Of a stretch of DNA of 64,000 nt, positions 12,251 through 24,700 are shown one piece after another. Source of the stretch: Macrostomum lignano (taxonomy: Eukaryota); contig NIVC01002418.1 of NCBI GenBank assembly GCA_002269645.1, forward strand, positions 81,969-145,968, given 5' to 3'. The position numbers were made by a program, and so were the translations under genes. Position 1 is the stretch's first letter; the number at the start of each line of letters is the position of its first letter. The notes below the pieces were generated by a model, which saw only the letters and a program-made list of their open reading frames with translations, made no database searches and had not been told where the DNA came from.

Positions 12251-12649
12251 CAAATTTGATATACTCAGCAACTGAAATAATAAAAATAGCATTCTTATAA
12301 AATTTTAATTTAAATAATAACTAACTATAATATATATAATTAAAAAATATATTTAAATAAAAATATATTAAAATCCTTGTATTTTAAAATATAATATGTA
12401 GATTATAGAAGAACTCTAATGTTCAAAAAATTATCAATTAAGAAATTAAAACTATAATAACAACTAAATACAAAGAGAGATCCTATTATATAAACTAGGC
12501 CCCTATTGCTGCTAATATATCTTGATAGATTAAGCCTATAAAAAATTAAGTACTCAACCTGGCTATTTGTTGAATATTTTCTATTCTAATATATTCTACT
12601 ATAATTATATTAAAAAAATTAGTTACTCAAAGCTTAAGCTATTTATTAA

Positions 12650-15371
12650 CTAATTATTAATTCTTTAAAGGCAGCAACCTAAGTCAAGTGGTCCATAGAT
12701 AGTATGGCACTCTTAGTCTTATGTAATAATAGCCTAGGCTAAATTCCAAATCCAAGTGTAGGCATATTAATTTAAGGCTAATTTAGAATCTTAGCAAGGA
12801 TCTGCTTAAGAAATTAATGCCTAATACCTTAGCCATATATTTATACACTTTATTGCACCTTAAGAGGTTAGGCCTCAAGGGTAGGCTATTAATTCCATAA
12901 TTTGTACTTTATTATTGATAAATAAAGACTAGTTAGGCCTTAGGGGCCACTGCACTGTATAAGTATATATACCATTGTGGGCAGTAATGCCTTTTGCAAT
13001 ATGTGAAAATTTCACTTAAAGTATACTAGGCCCACCAGGGTGCATATTATTATAGCCACCCTGTCTCTGAGGATTGTGTCTGTAAAGTAGTTTTACTATC
13101 AAAAAGCATCAAATTTAAACAATATTTATAACATATTAAATGTACTGTGTTGTGTATTTATAATTGTATCATAAATACAATACAAATACAATACTAGAAA
13201 TAAAATTTGTCTATTGACACTATCGTAGTATTCGTAATCGTATTCGTAGAAAACTAATAAACAAGACTCAATGACGATTGACGATGACGATTGGGTTGGA
13301 TCTTGAAATCGATCTATCTGACCTAATGTTTGACAGCTGAAGTGCATATTCTATTTCTAAATTTTATTGGGGCAACACTGCTCTCGACTGGACAGAGTGC
13401 CGGCCGGTCACCGTGATTTGGAGTCTCGAAAATTATTCAAATTTCCGTTTAAGTTTTCATAGAACGCACAAATTTTAATTATCGCAAAGCGTTATTAAAA
13501 ATCCGTTGCATGTAGTAAGCCTTTCAAGCTACCAAGACGTACATCAAAGCGATAGTAGGATAGAAAGGTACTTAGGTACGTTGACAATAGGATTAAAACT
13601 AATGAATGGTTGCAATTTATTTCAGAATTAAATGTTGTTTTGCCCAAATTATCATAAAAACGAAAATTTATGTGTGTTTGTTTATCGTTTGACTACCGTT
13701 GGTTGCCGAGAAGACAGATAGCTACCAAAGACTACTCGATTTGTTCGCTAAGTTTTTCTGGCAAGATTTTTCCGCTAATAATTTGCTATGCTAGGTAGTT
13801 TTGTCTAGTTTTTTGGAAAATATACCCATCTTCTAAAGAAGGATTGTCGGATAGCACTCTGCGCTGCCCAAGCAGCTCGATGCAGCCAGCAGCTTCCTGT
13901 AGCAGTAAAACGTCATGGAAACCTCTGTAGCTTGCGCCGACGTAACTGTTGGACATTAAATTACACCTGAGGGTTAACTCGTTAAGTGATAAAATTTGTT
14001 ATTAAATACGAACACTGCATGCATGGACCCCCTTTAGATATACTCTCAGGGCAGGCGGAATTAAGATCCTTTGCGGGATAATCTCCTGTGGCGAGCAGTT
14101 CGTCGGTGAGTATCAGCAATTCCGGCTGTGGGCAGTATGGCTCGGTGTGGACAATGTGGTATGTCAGCTAGAGTCGTTGAAGCGGCGATAACAGACGCGA
14201 CCTTGATGTTTGACTAATAGCTAGTGTGAGCCGCATCAATTAAAACCTGCTGTTTAGCCATTTGGAAGCCAAAGGCCTGCACCGCAGGCCATAACGAAAC
14301 GGCTCAAAAGTCCAGAGATTGAAAAATACATGGCATCAAAAAACCACATGTATGGCCTGCTGTGCACGTCAAGACTGATTTAAAAATTTGTCCATTATGC
14401 ATTTCCATTATGTTTTCACTCAAATTTCAGAGGTGAAATAAGCGTGTACAGTGAAAATATGAGGTGATGCACAAATGTATGGTCGTATTAAATATAGCTA
14501 AATTTAATCACTTCACGCATACGAGTATTATAACTAGTATTAAACAAATACGAAATTTGACTGCATGGTTCCAAAGAAAACAAGGACATGAAAAGAAAAG
14601 TGTAACAGGTTTCAAGTTAGGAGACGCCAATTCAGGACCGCTCGTGTGGGAGCTCAATGTGTCTCTGTCCAGATCCTGAAGCATGGATCTGGACAGAGAC
14701 CAGGATGTCCGGGACATTGGCTGCAGCAAAATATACTGTCTTCTTAGCTGGAACGTCAGGTTTCAAAGAGCACATTGGGCATAGTTTGCTTGGGCGAGCC
14801 TGGGCTTCCGTTGCTGGGAGTCTCATTGGTGAATGAATTGGACGGTTAGCCTGCATCGGGGCTGTATAAGTACACCGTAATTTCATGCGCTCAGTTAAAT
14901 GTGCAAGTACTATAAAATCCAAAAACCATGCAGTCACACGCATCAGTGGGGGCATAGGAAAGCTGAAGCCTCTAAAAATATTTATAGGCTTTTGAAAGGT
15001 GCCCTCGATAACTTGCGAACACGGTCCCAGAATGGGGAAGTGCGGCAGCTGCGTGCTCACTCCGGCATTGAAATGAGAGCAGTCTGCCCAATCTCAATAG
15101 TTCTCAAATTCAAAGGGGACCCATCCTGGGAGGAGGTCAAAGTATAGTCAGGACCCTGTAAAAGAAAAAAATCATGTTAAGTACATTCATGTATTTTCTA
15201 CATGAAAAAAGAAGACACGAAAGTTTTATATACGCGGAAGTACCAATCTCAAATAGTCAGAGGTCTACAAAAAGTGAAAAGAACTGGTATAGTAACTTTA
15301 TTTTTGTTAAAAGTTAAGCACTCATATTAGTGGTGGAAAAGTTTTAATAAGTTTTTTAATTGGAAAGGTAC
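12650..15371. repeat. Segmental duplication copy B (upstream region of glycogenin)
   Basis: Same match as copy A. Sequences diverge after ggaaaggtac (15371 vs 2722). Confidence 0.97.
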
Positions 15372-15729
15372 TGTACAGCATATTACTTGGCCTGTAAATT
15401 TGAATCTGTCAATCTGATGGCATACAGAATACCGCTGATAATATGACGGCCTGATCAAAGAGTAAGGATAAGCGTCCATTGCATTGCTGCAACTCAAAAG
15501 AATCTCTGTTTGATCGAAAGGAAGCCTAAGAAGTACAAGTATGAGCACAGTGGGGGGGAATAAATACTGTCACAAACAAGCAAACAATTCCTTGAGTAAA
15601 ACTTGAGTAAAATTTGACAGCTGCTCTCTGTATACACTGTAGCAGACTGGCGGAAATATCTAAACAAAAAGTACATGTTGGTCTCCTCCAGAAAACAAGT
15701 CAATCAGAAAACTCAATGAAGCTGTGCGC

Positions 15730-18700
15730 TCAGCTGAAATCGTTGCGCTGAAAGTGCGGCGCCGCCGGCTCGACCTCCGTTATGCTTCCGCCGCCTCCGC
15801 TTCTGCCAGATTGGCCCGGCCGTCTGGGGCCTACAAAAGTGACGGAGCCCTCATTGTTTGCACCTTCGAATTCGTCGTCGTGTTGTTGTTGCTGCTCGGA
15901 GAAGTCCCGGTTAGACGCCGGCGGGGGCGGCCTCGACGGACCCGAAGCCGCGGAGACGTTGCTGTCGTCTCTGGTCAAGCCGGCGACCACGATGGCGATG
16001 TCCTGGAGCATGCGGTGGATGCCGAGCAGCTCGGATCGGGTGCTGGATTCCAGTTCCTCAAGCCGAGCCTGCATTCTCAGCGCAGCTTTCTGCAGCGAGC
16101 GGAAAATTTGATTGAGCAATACTGAATGTAGTTGTGGCTCAACAGCCAAACTGTGGGTCAAGCTCAGCTAATATCTTCAATGGATACCACCAAAACTTCA
16201 TCTACTTAAAAAGGACCTCCGTGATTCCAAAGGTCTGTAGGCTTGGATAAGTAAGTATCCAGTATCAAAGTATCGACATCATGAGCATAGTTACTCGTAG
16301 TTTAGCTATTCAGTTTTGAATTCGTAGGGGGTTGTAGCCTAGTGGTCAGAGCGTCGGACTCACGACTGAAAGGTTAGGGGTTAGATTCTCGATCCATGAG
16401 GAACAATTTGTGTCCTTGAGCAAGACACTTAAGTCTGAATTGCTTCAGATCACCCAGCTGTAAAATGGGTGCCAGCATTAGCTGGGGCAATTGAGGGTGT
16501 GTGTGGTGACCCCCAGTCCTTGGACTGAGTAGTCCAATAGCTGGGGCTGAGCTGTCGGCTGCAAATCTGCCGAATAAGGGCAGGTGCAAAAAAAATTGAA
16601 TTTATGTACACGTCTTATCAGTTTAAATCCATTAACTTTTGATTTTTACGAGTACTGGCAAGACACTTATAATAAAAGTGCGCTCAAACCCCTTACCTCC
16701 GCCATCTGACGAGTCTTTGTTTTGCGTTTCCTCTGCTGTCGCCTGGCTTCGCTCTCGTCGACGACAAGGTCGTTCTCGTCCGAGTCGGACTGCTCAATCT
16801 CTTTTTCGTACAGGCGAGTGACTCTTTTTTGAATCTTTTTGACCATATCCTGCGGTTTTGAGAAAGGCTTTTTTGTACTTCGTTGCAACTGCGAGCCTAC
16901 TCAGTATCCTGATAAAAACGCTGCCCCCATTATGAGAAGTGACAGAAACGGCAATGTAATTCGCTCATAGCAATGCCTGAGAGAGCTCGGTTTGAGTCAA
17001 TGCTATTGCTTCTAGGAAAACATGATTTTCTGAATCAACTTGAACTTTGGAGAATGAAAATAGGCGTGCTGAGTTCTCTTCGCAATGATCCCAGTTTCTA
17101 TAGAGACTTGACGCGAGTGTAAAACTGTCAGACTTGACAAATCAAGCAGTGACTCACCCGAATCTCCAGAGTCGCCTTCTGCTGCTCCTCGACAGAGCTG
17201 CTCATTGTCACGTCGTCATCGTAATGCAGCTTGAGCGGGTTGCATTCCTCTTTCAAATATTTGTGAAACTTCACCCGTTGAGACATGCGCATTGATTCGT
17301 AGCAGTTGAGCAGAGTGATCGCCTTCTGCATGGCGGCAGCCGGTTTGGCATTGTCGAATACGCTGTTTTGGCCGAAGATAAGTGAAATCAGAAGTCAGTG
17401 TGATGATAGTACATATATTTGAAAATGTCAACTTACGACTTGAACGTCTCCGACAATTGAGCAATGAACAGGTTGAGAAACAGAATGGCCGAGATGGCGA
17501 ACCAGCAGCCGAGTATGATTTGAGACGTGATCGGGTCGATGTCCGCCATTTGCTGCAAGATTTATTGTTTCATAGATTTAATCCGCTGAGGTTGAATACT
17601 GTAATAGATGATTGGTTTGCGTTTAGAACCTCACTAAGCCTCCCTTTCTCCCGGATTGATCGTGTTTTAATCTATGGGAATTTGCATAATATCCGTTCCA
17701 GAGACTCATATCTTTCTCAGTCTCTCGAAAGAGACAGGCCCCCTCATTGAGTATGATTTGAGACGTGATCGGGTCGATGTCCGCCATTTGCTGCAAGATT
17801 TATTGTTTCATAGATTTAATCTGCTGAGGTTGAATACTGTAATAGATGATTGGTTTGCGTTTAGAACCTCACTAAGCCTCCCTTTCTCCCGGATTGATCG
17901 TGTTTTAATCTATGGGAATTTGCATAATATCCGTTCCAGAGACTCATATCTTTCTCAGTCTCTCGAAAGAGACAGGCCCCCTCATTGACTCAGAGCAGCA
18001 GGCAGGAACGTGAGTGATTTGCTCTCCTAAAATAATACTAATTGATTACACCTTCCCTAATGAGTAGTTGGTTGTGCATCCGACAGCTCAGCCGCAGCTA
18101 TTGCCCGGCGCATCTGAAGGCTGCTCAGTCCAAGGACTGGGGGGTCGCCACACACAGCCTCAATTACCCCAGCTAATGCTGGCACCAATTTTACAGCTTG
18201 GTGAATTGAAGCAATGCAGAGTTAAATGTCCTTGCTCAATCTGAAGTTGTGAGTCAGACCACTAGGCTAAAACCCCACTAGTATATATATAATGCTCACG
18301 TCGTATTGATATTCATCAACGAGAGTCAGGCGGAACATCGAGAACGCGGTGCTGTAGAATGTTTCCATGTTCTCCACGGTGACCCGGGTGAAATTGTGCA
18401 TGCTGTAGTTTTTCAGCGTCTTGGATGTCAAAATGTCTGCCTCTCGGAGGTTCTTATCACCGCCAAGTATGGTCCAGAATATGCAGGCTGCAGGGGCGAG
18501 TTATTCGAGTTGGTCTGTTAGTCAACAGCAATCACTCTATAAAGAACACTGTTAAACATCTTTTAAAGTTCTGAAAGGACATCGGACTGCAGGACTACAT
18601 GATCTCATTGCACGAATCACAGCCCAGGCAAACCCTCATTCATTCTTATGCTCCAATTGGGCCAGATACAGTATGCAACCGACAGCTCAGCCGCAGCTAT

Positions 18701-21700
18701 TGTTCAGTCCAAGGACTGGGGGTCGCTGCACACCCTCTCAATTACCCCAGCTAATGCTGGCACCCATTAACAGCAAGGACTACTTAAGAAGAAGAAGAAT
18801 TGACTTCAGTGGTCCTTGTTTTACAGCTGGGTGAACTGAAGCAATGCAGAGTTAAGTACATTGCTCAAGGGCACAAATTGTTCCAGCGGGATCGGGAATC
18901 GAACCCCCCGACCTTCAAGTCGTGAGTCTGACGCCCATAACGGTCGAACCACTAGGCTACGCCGCCACTTCATTCATTCATTCTTCAAGCATACAGAAAC
19001 TCCCACTTCGGTAAATTTACACGGACGAGCGCCACTGATATCTCATATTTAAGAAAGCACGAACTCTCCGCGAAAGCAAATGATCAAAAACTGAGAATTC
19101 ACTCACTGAACGGAATGAAGAACTCAAGGTAGAGCAGGAAAAACTTGGCCAAATCGCCCAGAATCATGCCCAGCATCACAATAAACGGGCCGAAAAACTC
19201 GAACGGTTTCACGTACTTCAGCAGCCGGATCCACAGTACAACAATGTTGAGCGCCATGATCCGGACGTGCCAGCGGGCCAACACGAGATTCCCTTCGCCG
19301 CCTGGCCAGCCAACTTCAGCGAAGTGCGAGATCAGCGAGGCCAGCAGGATGATGTAGCAGGCCCAGTCCAGGTAGTTCCACCAATCGTCAAAGTAGGAAA
19401 TCTGCGACTTCTTGATTTCCTCAACCTCTTTGCGCAGGTATTTGCTCTCGTCATCGTGGCTCGGATGAACCAACTCCAAATCCTCTTCGATCAGCTTCAA
19501 TTTCCACGTTTTCCAGGCCTGAAAGTGCGTGACACGGTAGCAAGCACTACACTCCTAGCAGGCAGCCACCTCACTCCCAGCAGGCAGCCACCTCACTCCC
19601 AGCAGGCAGCCACCTCACTCCCAGCAGGCAGCCACCTCACTCCCAGCAGGCAGCCACCTCACTCCCAACAGGCAGCCACCTCACTCCCAACAGGCAGCCA
19701 CCTCACTCCCAGCAGGCAGCCACCTCACTCCCAGCAGGCAGCCACCTCACTCCCAGCAGTCAGCCACCTCACTCCCAGCAGGCAGCCACCTCACTCCCAG
19801 CAGACAGCCACCTCACTTCATAAAGTATTCCTATATAAGGCTTGAATGAATCACCTCGTGGCGCCGACGAGACCGAACGATTTCCATGATCTCTTCGATG
19901 ATCAGATAGGCCGTAATTCCAATGGCTCCAATCTGGAAAGATGTCAAAGTAATAGAATTTAATGAGGAATTTATTAACAATCAAAGGTTTAAACTGCATG
20001 ACACACCAGGACGGCCACTCGATATCCTTCCCGAGGAAAGTCGTATTCATGCCGCTGAGTCCACTCTTTGTCCACGGCGAATATGGTCCAGAGTATGATG
20101 TTGATCAGTTGGAGAATAATCTGGCCAATGGCTCGGATTCTAAAGGTAAGAATTGTATTTTTTTAATATGATTTCAGATTTGAAAAGTTTATCAGTCAAG
20201 CACAGTCGAAGCCACGCATACGGTGGCAAGACACTGCGTATTGGGTTGGGCCATTCGTCTCAAGGTCTGTGTACTGGGTTGGGCCACCCGCTTCAAGGTC
20301 TGTGTACTGGGTTGGGCCACCCGCTTCAAGGTCTGTGTACTGGGTTGGGCCACCCGCTTCAAGGTCTGTGTACTGGGTTGGGCCACCAAACTCAAGGACT
20401 GTGTATACATGTAACTGGGTTGGGCCATCCGCTTCAAGGACTGGGTACTGGGTTGTGGGCCATCCGTCTAAAAACCAATGAAAGCATTAGCAAAGCAGTG
20501 GTAGCGTGTTAAACAGGTTAAAAAACAAGTTAAATTGTTTGCAAAAACTGTTACAAACAAAACGAACGCATCGATATTTGCAAACGGAAACCAATAGCGT
20601 TAAGGCTTATGCATTCGTTCAAGCAAAAATATAAGAAATGTCTATCATGATTACAAAGCAAATGTGAAAACCATTTTCCAAGATTAAGAGATTTTGTTAG
20701 ATTTTATGATTCAACCATTTTTGTATTAACGGCTTGCAAGCAGCCTCAGACCTTCCGAACTGCGTCCACTGCACCCCAAGCATGGCACTGATCACTGTGG
20801 AGTCAATCATTTGATAGTTGTTTGTCTCTATGATGGCTTTTAACTGAAAGTGAAAAAAAAATTTGTGTATTTCCTGCTTCCATTATTCAGGTCTTTCCAA
20901 GCCAGAGAAACAATATAAAATTCAATTTCAAATTAAAGTACACTTAAGAGGAAAAATTGAAATGTGTCTTTAAGTTTACCACACAATGGCTCTGCAATGG
21001 GTTGATTGGTTGGGTTCAATGCTGGTTCAGTATGCAGCTCAAGTTGCATACAGATTGTTCAAGAAGTCAGTTTTCTAGTAATAAATTTTCATGCAACATC
21101 CTGCTCAAGTAGACGGACGAAAACGGAATTTTCTTGGAAAATTTTAAAAGGTTTTACCGAAAAAAATACATTACAGAAGTAGGAGGTTTCTCGGAGATAG
21201 GATGACCCAGTGTTCATCTTTTGATATGTCCTGCCTTTCTTATAGCTCTATTGATATTGTTGGCTCTGCTCGTGCAATTAACGGCCTTGAGAGCCAACCC
21301 CCAAGGCACAGTGAAGTGTACATGCCTAACGATAAATAAAGTTAGGGCCGCTGTACACTCCTGTGTGTGTGCCTGCGCGCTTGTGTGCCTGCTCAGGGGA
21401 GTCGGCGGAATGGGCAGCAATGCCTCTCGCCGGTTGTGTGACAATGTCGCTTAAAGTGCGCCAGGATGCACGCGCCCTCGTGCCTCTGATGAAAAAGTCG
21501 CAAAAATGTATTTTAAAAAACCCCAATTGAAATCCGATACTTTCTACTCTACCGAAACAGTAGTGTATTAAGCGTGTTCTTTCGCAGCTTATAGATTCAC
21601 TCACAGCAGAGTGGTAGGCGACCCGCACAACCTCCTGCTTTCCTTTGGTGTCGACACCTTCGTCAGCCCCGGTGGACTCCACCTGCCTGGGGTCGAGTCT

Positions 21701-24700
21701 GAACAGGTCCAGCTTCTGCTTGCGCTCGATGCGATAGGTTTTGTTCAACTGCGCCAGAGCGGTTTCGGCCTTGCATTGCGATTGAAGGTTGAGGGCGCGG
21801 TAGGTCTAAGCGAACTTGTTCACATCGAGTTGAGACATTCTAAGAATTAAAATTTGAAGCCTCGTCTCTTACCAGGGGCGGCATCTTCTTGATCAGCGGC
21901 ACGAAAGCAATCTGGCCGGTTTTGTCCTGGACAAACGCGTCGCAGTTGTGTTCCAGCAGGAGAGCGGCGGTCTCGCTGCGGTCTGCGGCGCGGTTCGAGT
22001 TTGATTGGGCTGTTGGACTTTCCCTGCCAGCTTTGCGTCTGTGTCTTATTGTCCTAGTATGTGTCTGTCTATGTGTCTTATTGTCCTAGTGTGTGTCTGT
22101 CTATGTGTCTTATTGTCCTAGTGTGTGTCTGTCTATGTGTCTCATTGTCCTAGTGTGTGTCTTTCTATGTGTCTTATTGTCCTAGTGTGTGTCTGTCTGT
22201 GTCTTATTGTCCTAGTGTGTGTCTGTCTATGTGTCTTATTGTCCTAGTGTGTGTCTGTCTATGTGTCTTATTGTCCTAGTGTGTGTCTGTCTATGTGTCT
22301 TATTGTCCTAGTGTGTGTCTGTCTATGTGTCTTATTGTCCTAGTGTGTGTCTGTCTATGTGTCTTATTGTCCTAGTGTGCGTCTGTCTATGTGTCTTATT
22401 GTCCTAGTGTGCGTCTGTCTATGTGTCTTATTGTCCTAGTGTGTGTCTGTCTATGTGTCTTATTGTCCTAGTGTGTGTCTGTCTATGTGTCTTATTGTCC
22501 TAGTGTGTGTCTGTCTATGTGTCTCATTGTCCTAGTGTGTGTCTGTCTATGTGTCTTATTGTCCTAGTGTGTGTCTGTCTATGTGTCTTATTGTCCTAGT
22601 GTGTGTCTGTCTATGTGTCTTATTGTCCTAGTGTGTGTCTGTCTATGTGTCTTATTGTCCTAGTGTGCGTCTGTCTATGTGTCTCATTGTCCTAGTGTGT
22701 GTCTGTCTATGTGTCTTATTGTCCTAGTGTGTGTCTGTCTGTGTCTTATTGTCCTAGTGTGTGTCTGTCTATGTGTCTTATTGTCCTAGTGTGTGTCTGT
22801 CTATGTGTCTTATTGTCCTAGTGTGTGTCTGTCTATGTGTCTTATTGTCCTAGTGTGTGTCTGTCTATGTGTCTTATTGTCCTAGTGTGTGTCTGTCTAT
22901 GTGTCTTATTGTCCTAGTGTGCGTCTGTCTATGTGTCTTATTGTCCTAGTGTGCGTCTGTCTATGTGTCTTATTGTCCTAGTGTGTGTCTGTCTATGTGT
23001 CTTATTGTCCTAGTGTGTGTCTGTCTATGTGTCTTATTGTCCTAGTGTGTGTCTGTCTATGTGTCTCATTGTCCTAGTGTGTGTCTGTCTATGTGTCTTA
23101 TTGTCCTAGTGTGTGTCTGTCTATGTGTCTTATTGTCCTAGTGTGTGTCTGTCTATGTGTCTTATTGTCCTAGTGTGTGTCTGTCTATGTGTCTTATTGT
23201 CCTAGTGTGCGTCTGTCTATGTGTCTCATTGTCCTAGTGTGTGTCTGTCTATGTGTCTTATTGTCCTAGTGTGTGTCTGTCTATGTGTCTTATTGTCCTA
23301 GTGTGTGTGTGTCTATGTGTCTTATTGTCCTAGTGTGTGTCTGTCTATGTGTCTTATTGTCCTAGTGTGTGTGTGTCTATGTGTCTTATTGTCCTAGTGT
23401 GTGTCTGTCTATGTGTCTTATTGTCCTAGTGTGTGTCTGTCTATGTGTCTTATTGTCCTAGTGTGTGTCTGTCTATGTGTCTTATTGTCCTAGTGTGTGT
23501 CTGTCTATGTGTCTTATTGTCCTAGTGTGTGTCTGTCTATGTGTCTTATTGTCCTAGTGTGTGTCTGTCTATGTGTCTTATTGTCCTAGTGTGCGTCTGT
23601 CTGTGTCTTATTGTCCTAGTGTGTGTCTGTCTATGTGTCTCATTGTCCTAGTGTGTGTCTGTCTATGTCATCCGGAGTGTCAACCTGGCAGGCGACACTC
23701 CGGATGAGCGCAGGAACGAGCTGCGCGAGTTCTTCGCCGCCATTGTCAACGCGCCGCCCCCTCCGCTTCCAGAAAATCTGAGGCTGCCGCCGGAGACGCT
23801 GTTGCCGGCGGAGGAGAGCTTCAATGTTGCCCCAGTCAGCACAGCCGACGTTGTGAAGTTCGCTCGGCAGTCGCCGGGCGGCAAAGCGCTTGGTCCGGAC
23901 GAGGTGCCCACCGAGGCGCTGCGGATCCACTGCGTGGCCACTGAGGTCGCCAGAGTGATGAACCGCGTGCTTTTCGGTGAGGTGGCGCCAAACGAATGGA
24001 CCACGGCGCACATCGTCGCCATTCCAAAGAAGCCGGGCACCACCAAGCTCGAGGAGCATCGAGGCATCTGCCTACAGTCCTGCGCCGCGAAGCTGTTCAA
24101 CCGCATGCTGCTATCGCGGTTACAGCCTGTGCTGGACCCGTACCTGCGACCTGAGCAGAACGGATTCCGGCCCCATCGCGGCACAGTGACGCAGATCCTG
24201 GCTCTTCGACGAGTCATCGAGGAGGCGCGCATCCGCCAGTTGACCCTGATCCTGATCTTCGTCGATTTCAGGAAGGCTTTCGACTCGGTCGTGAGGGACG
24301 CGCTCCCAGAGGTGCTCCGTGCGTACAACGTGCCAGAGCTGCTGATTTCTGCTGTCATGGCGCTGTACCACGGCACGACGGCTGCTGTCTCAACACCGGA
24401 CGGCCTATCGGATTTCTTCGAGACATCCTCCGGGGTGCTCCAGGGAGATACGCTAGCGCCGTTCCTATTTATTCTGGTGCTTGACTGGGTGCTACGGACT
24501 GCTCTGCCTTCCAACGACGACGGCTTCCTGCTGCGGCGACGCGTGGGTCGACGCCAACCGGAGAGACGGCTCAGCGTGCTTGGCTACGCCGATGACCTCG
24601 CCCTGCTGTCCTCGACCGTCGAGGGCGCCCAACGACAGCTGGATAGGCTGGTTGCCGTTGCGGCGAGCGTCGGCCTGGTGGTCAACACGCAGAAGACCGT

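Noticed and set aside
16327-16400. tRNA genes at SINE heads (also 25590, 49039, 51900)
   Set aside because: Acceptor stems do not close, the anticodon varies between copies, and each head continues into a shared SINE body.
20960-21080. Possible extra TRP exon (PLQ..AIVW-like)
   Set aside because: Stops in all frames from the best acceptor. Exon 20843-20752 already joins both neighbours in phase.
22037-23668. 32-bp periodic array, and the 39-bp array at 52697, as CRISPR
   Set aside because: Units are contiguous with no unique spacers, there are no cas genes, and the context is eukaryotic introns.
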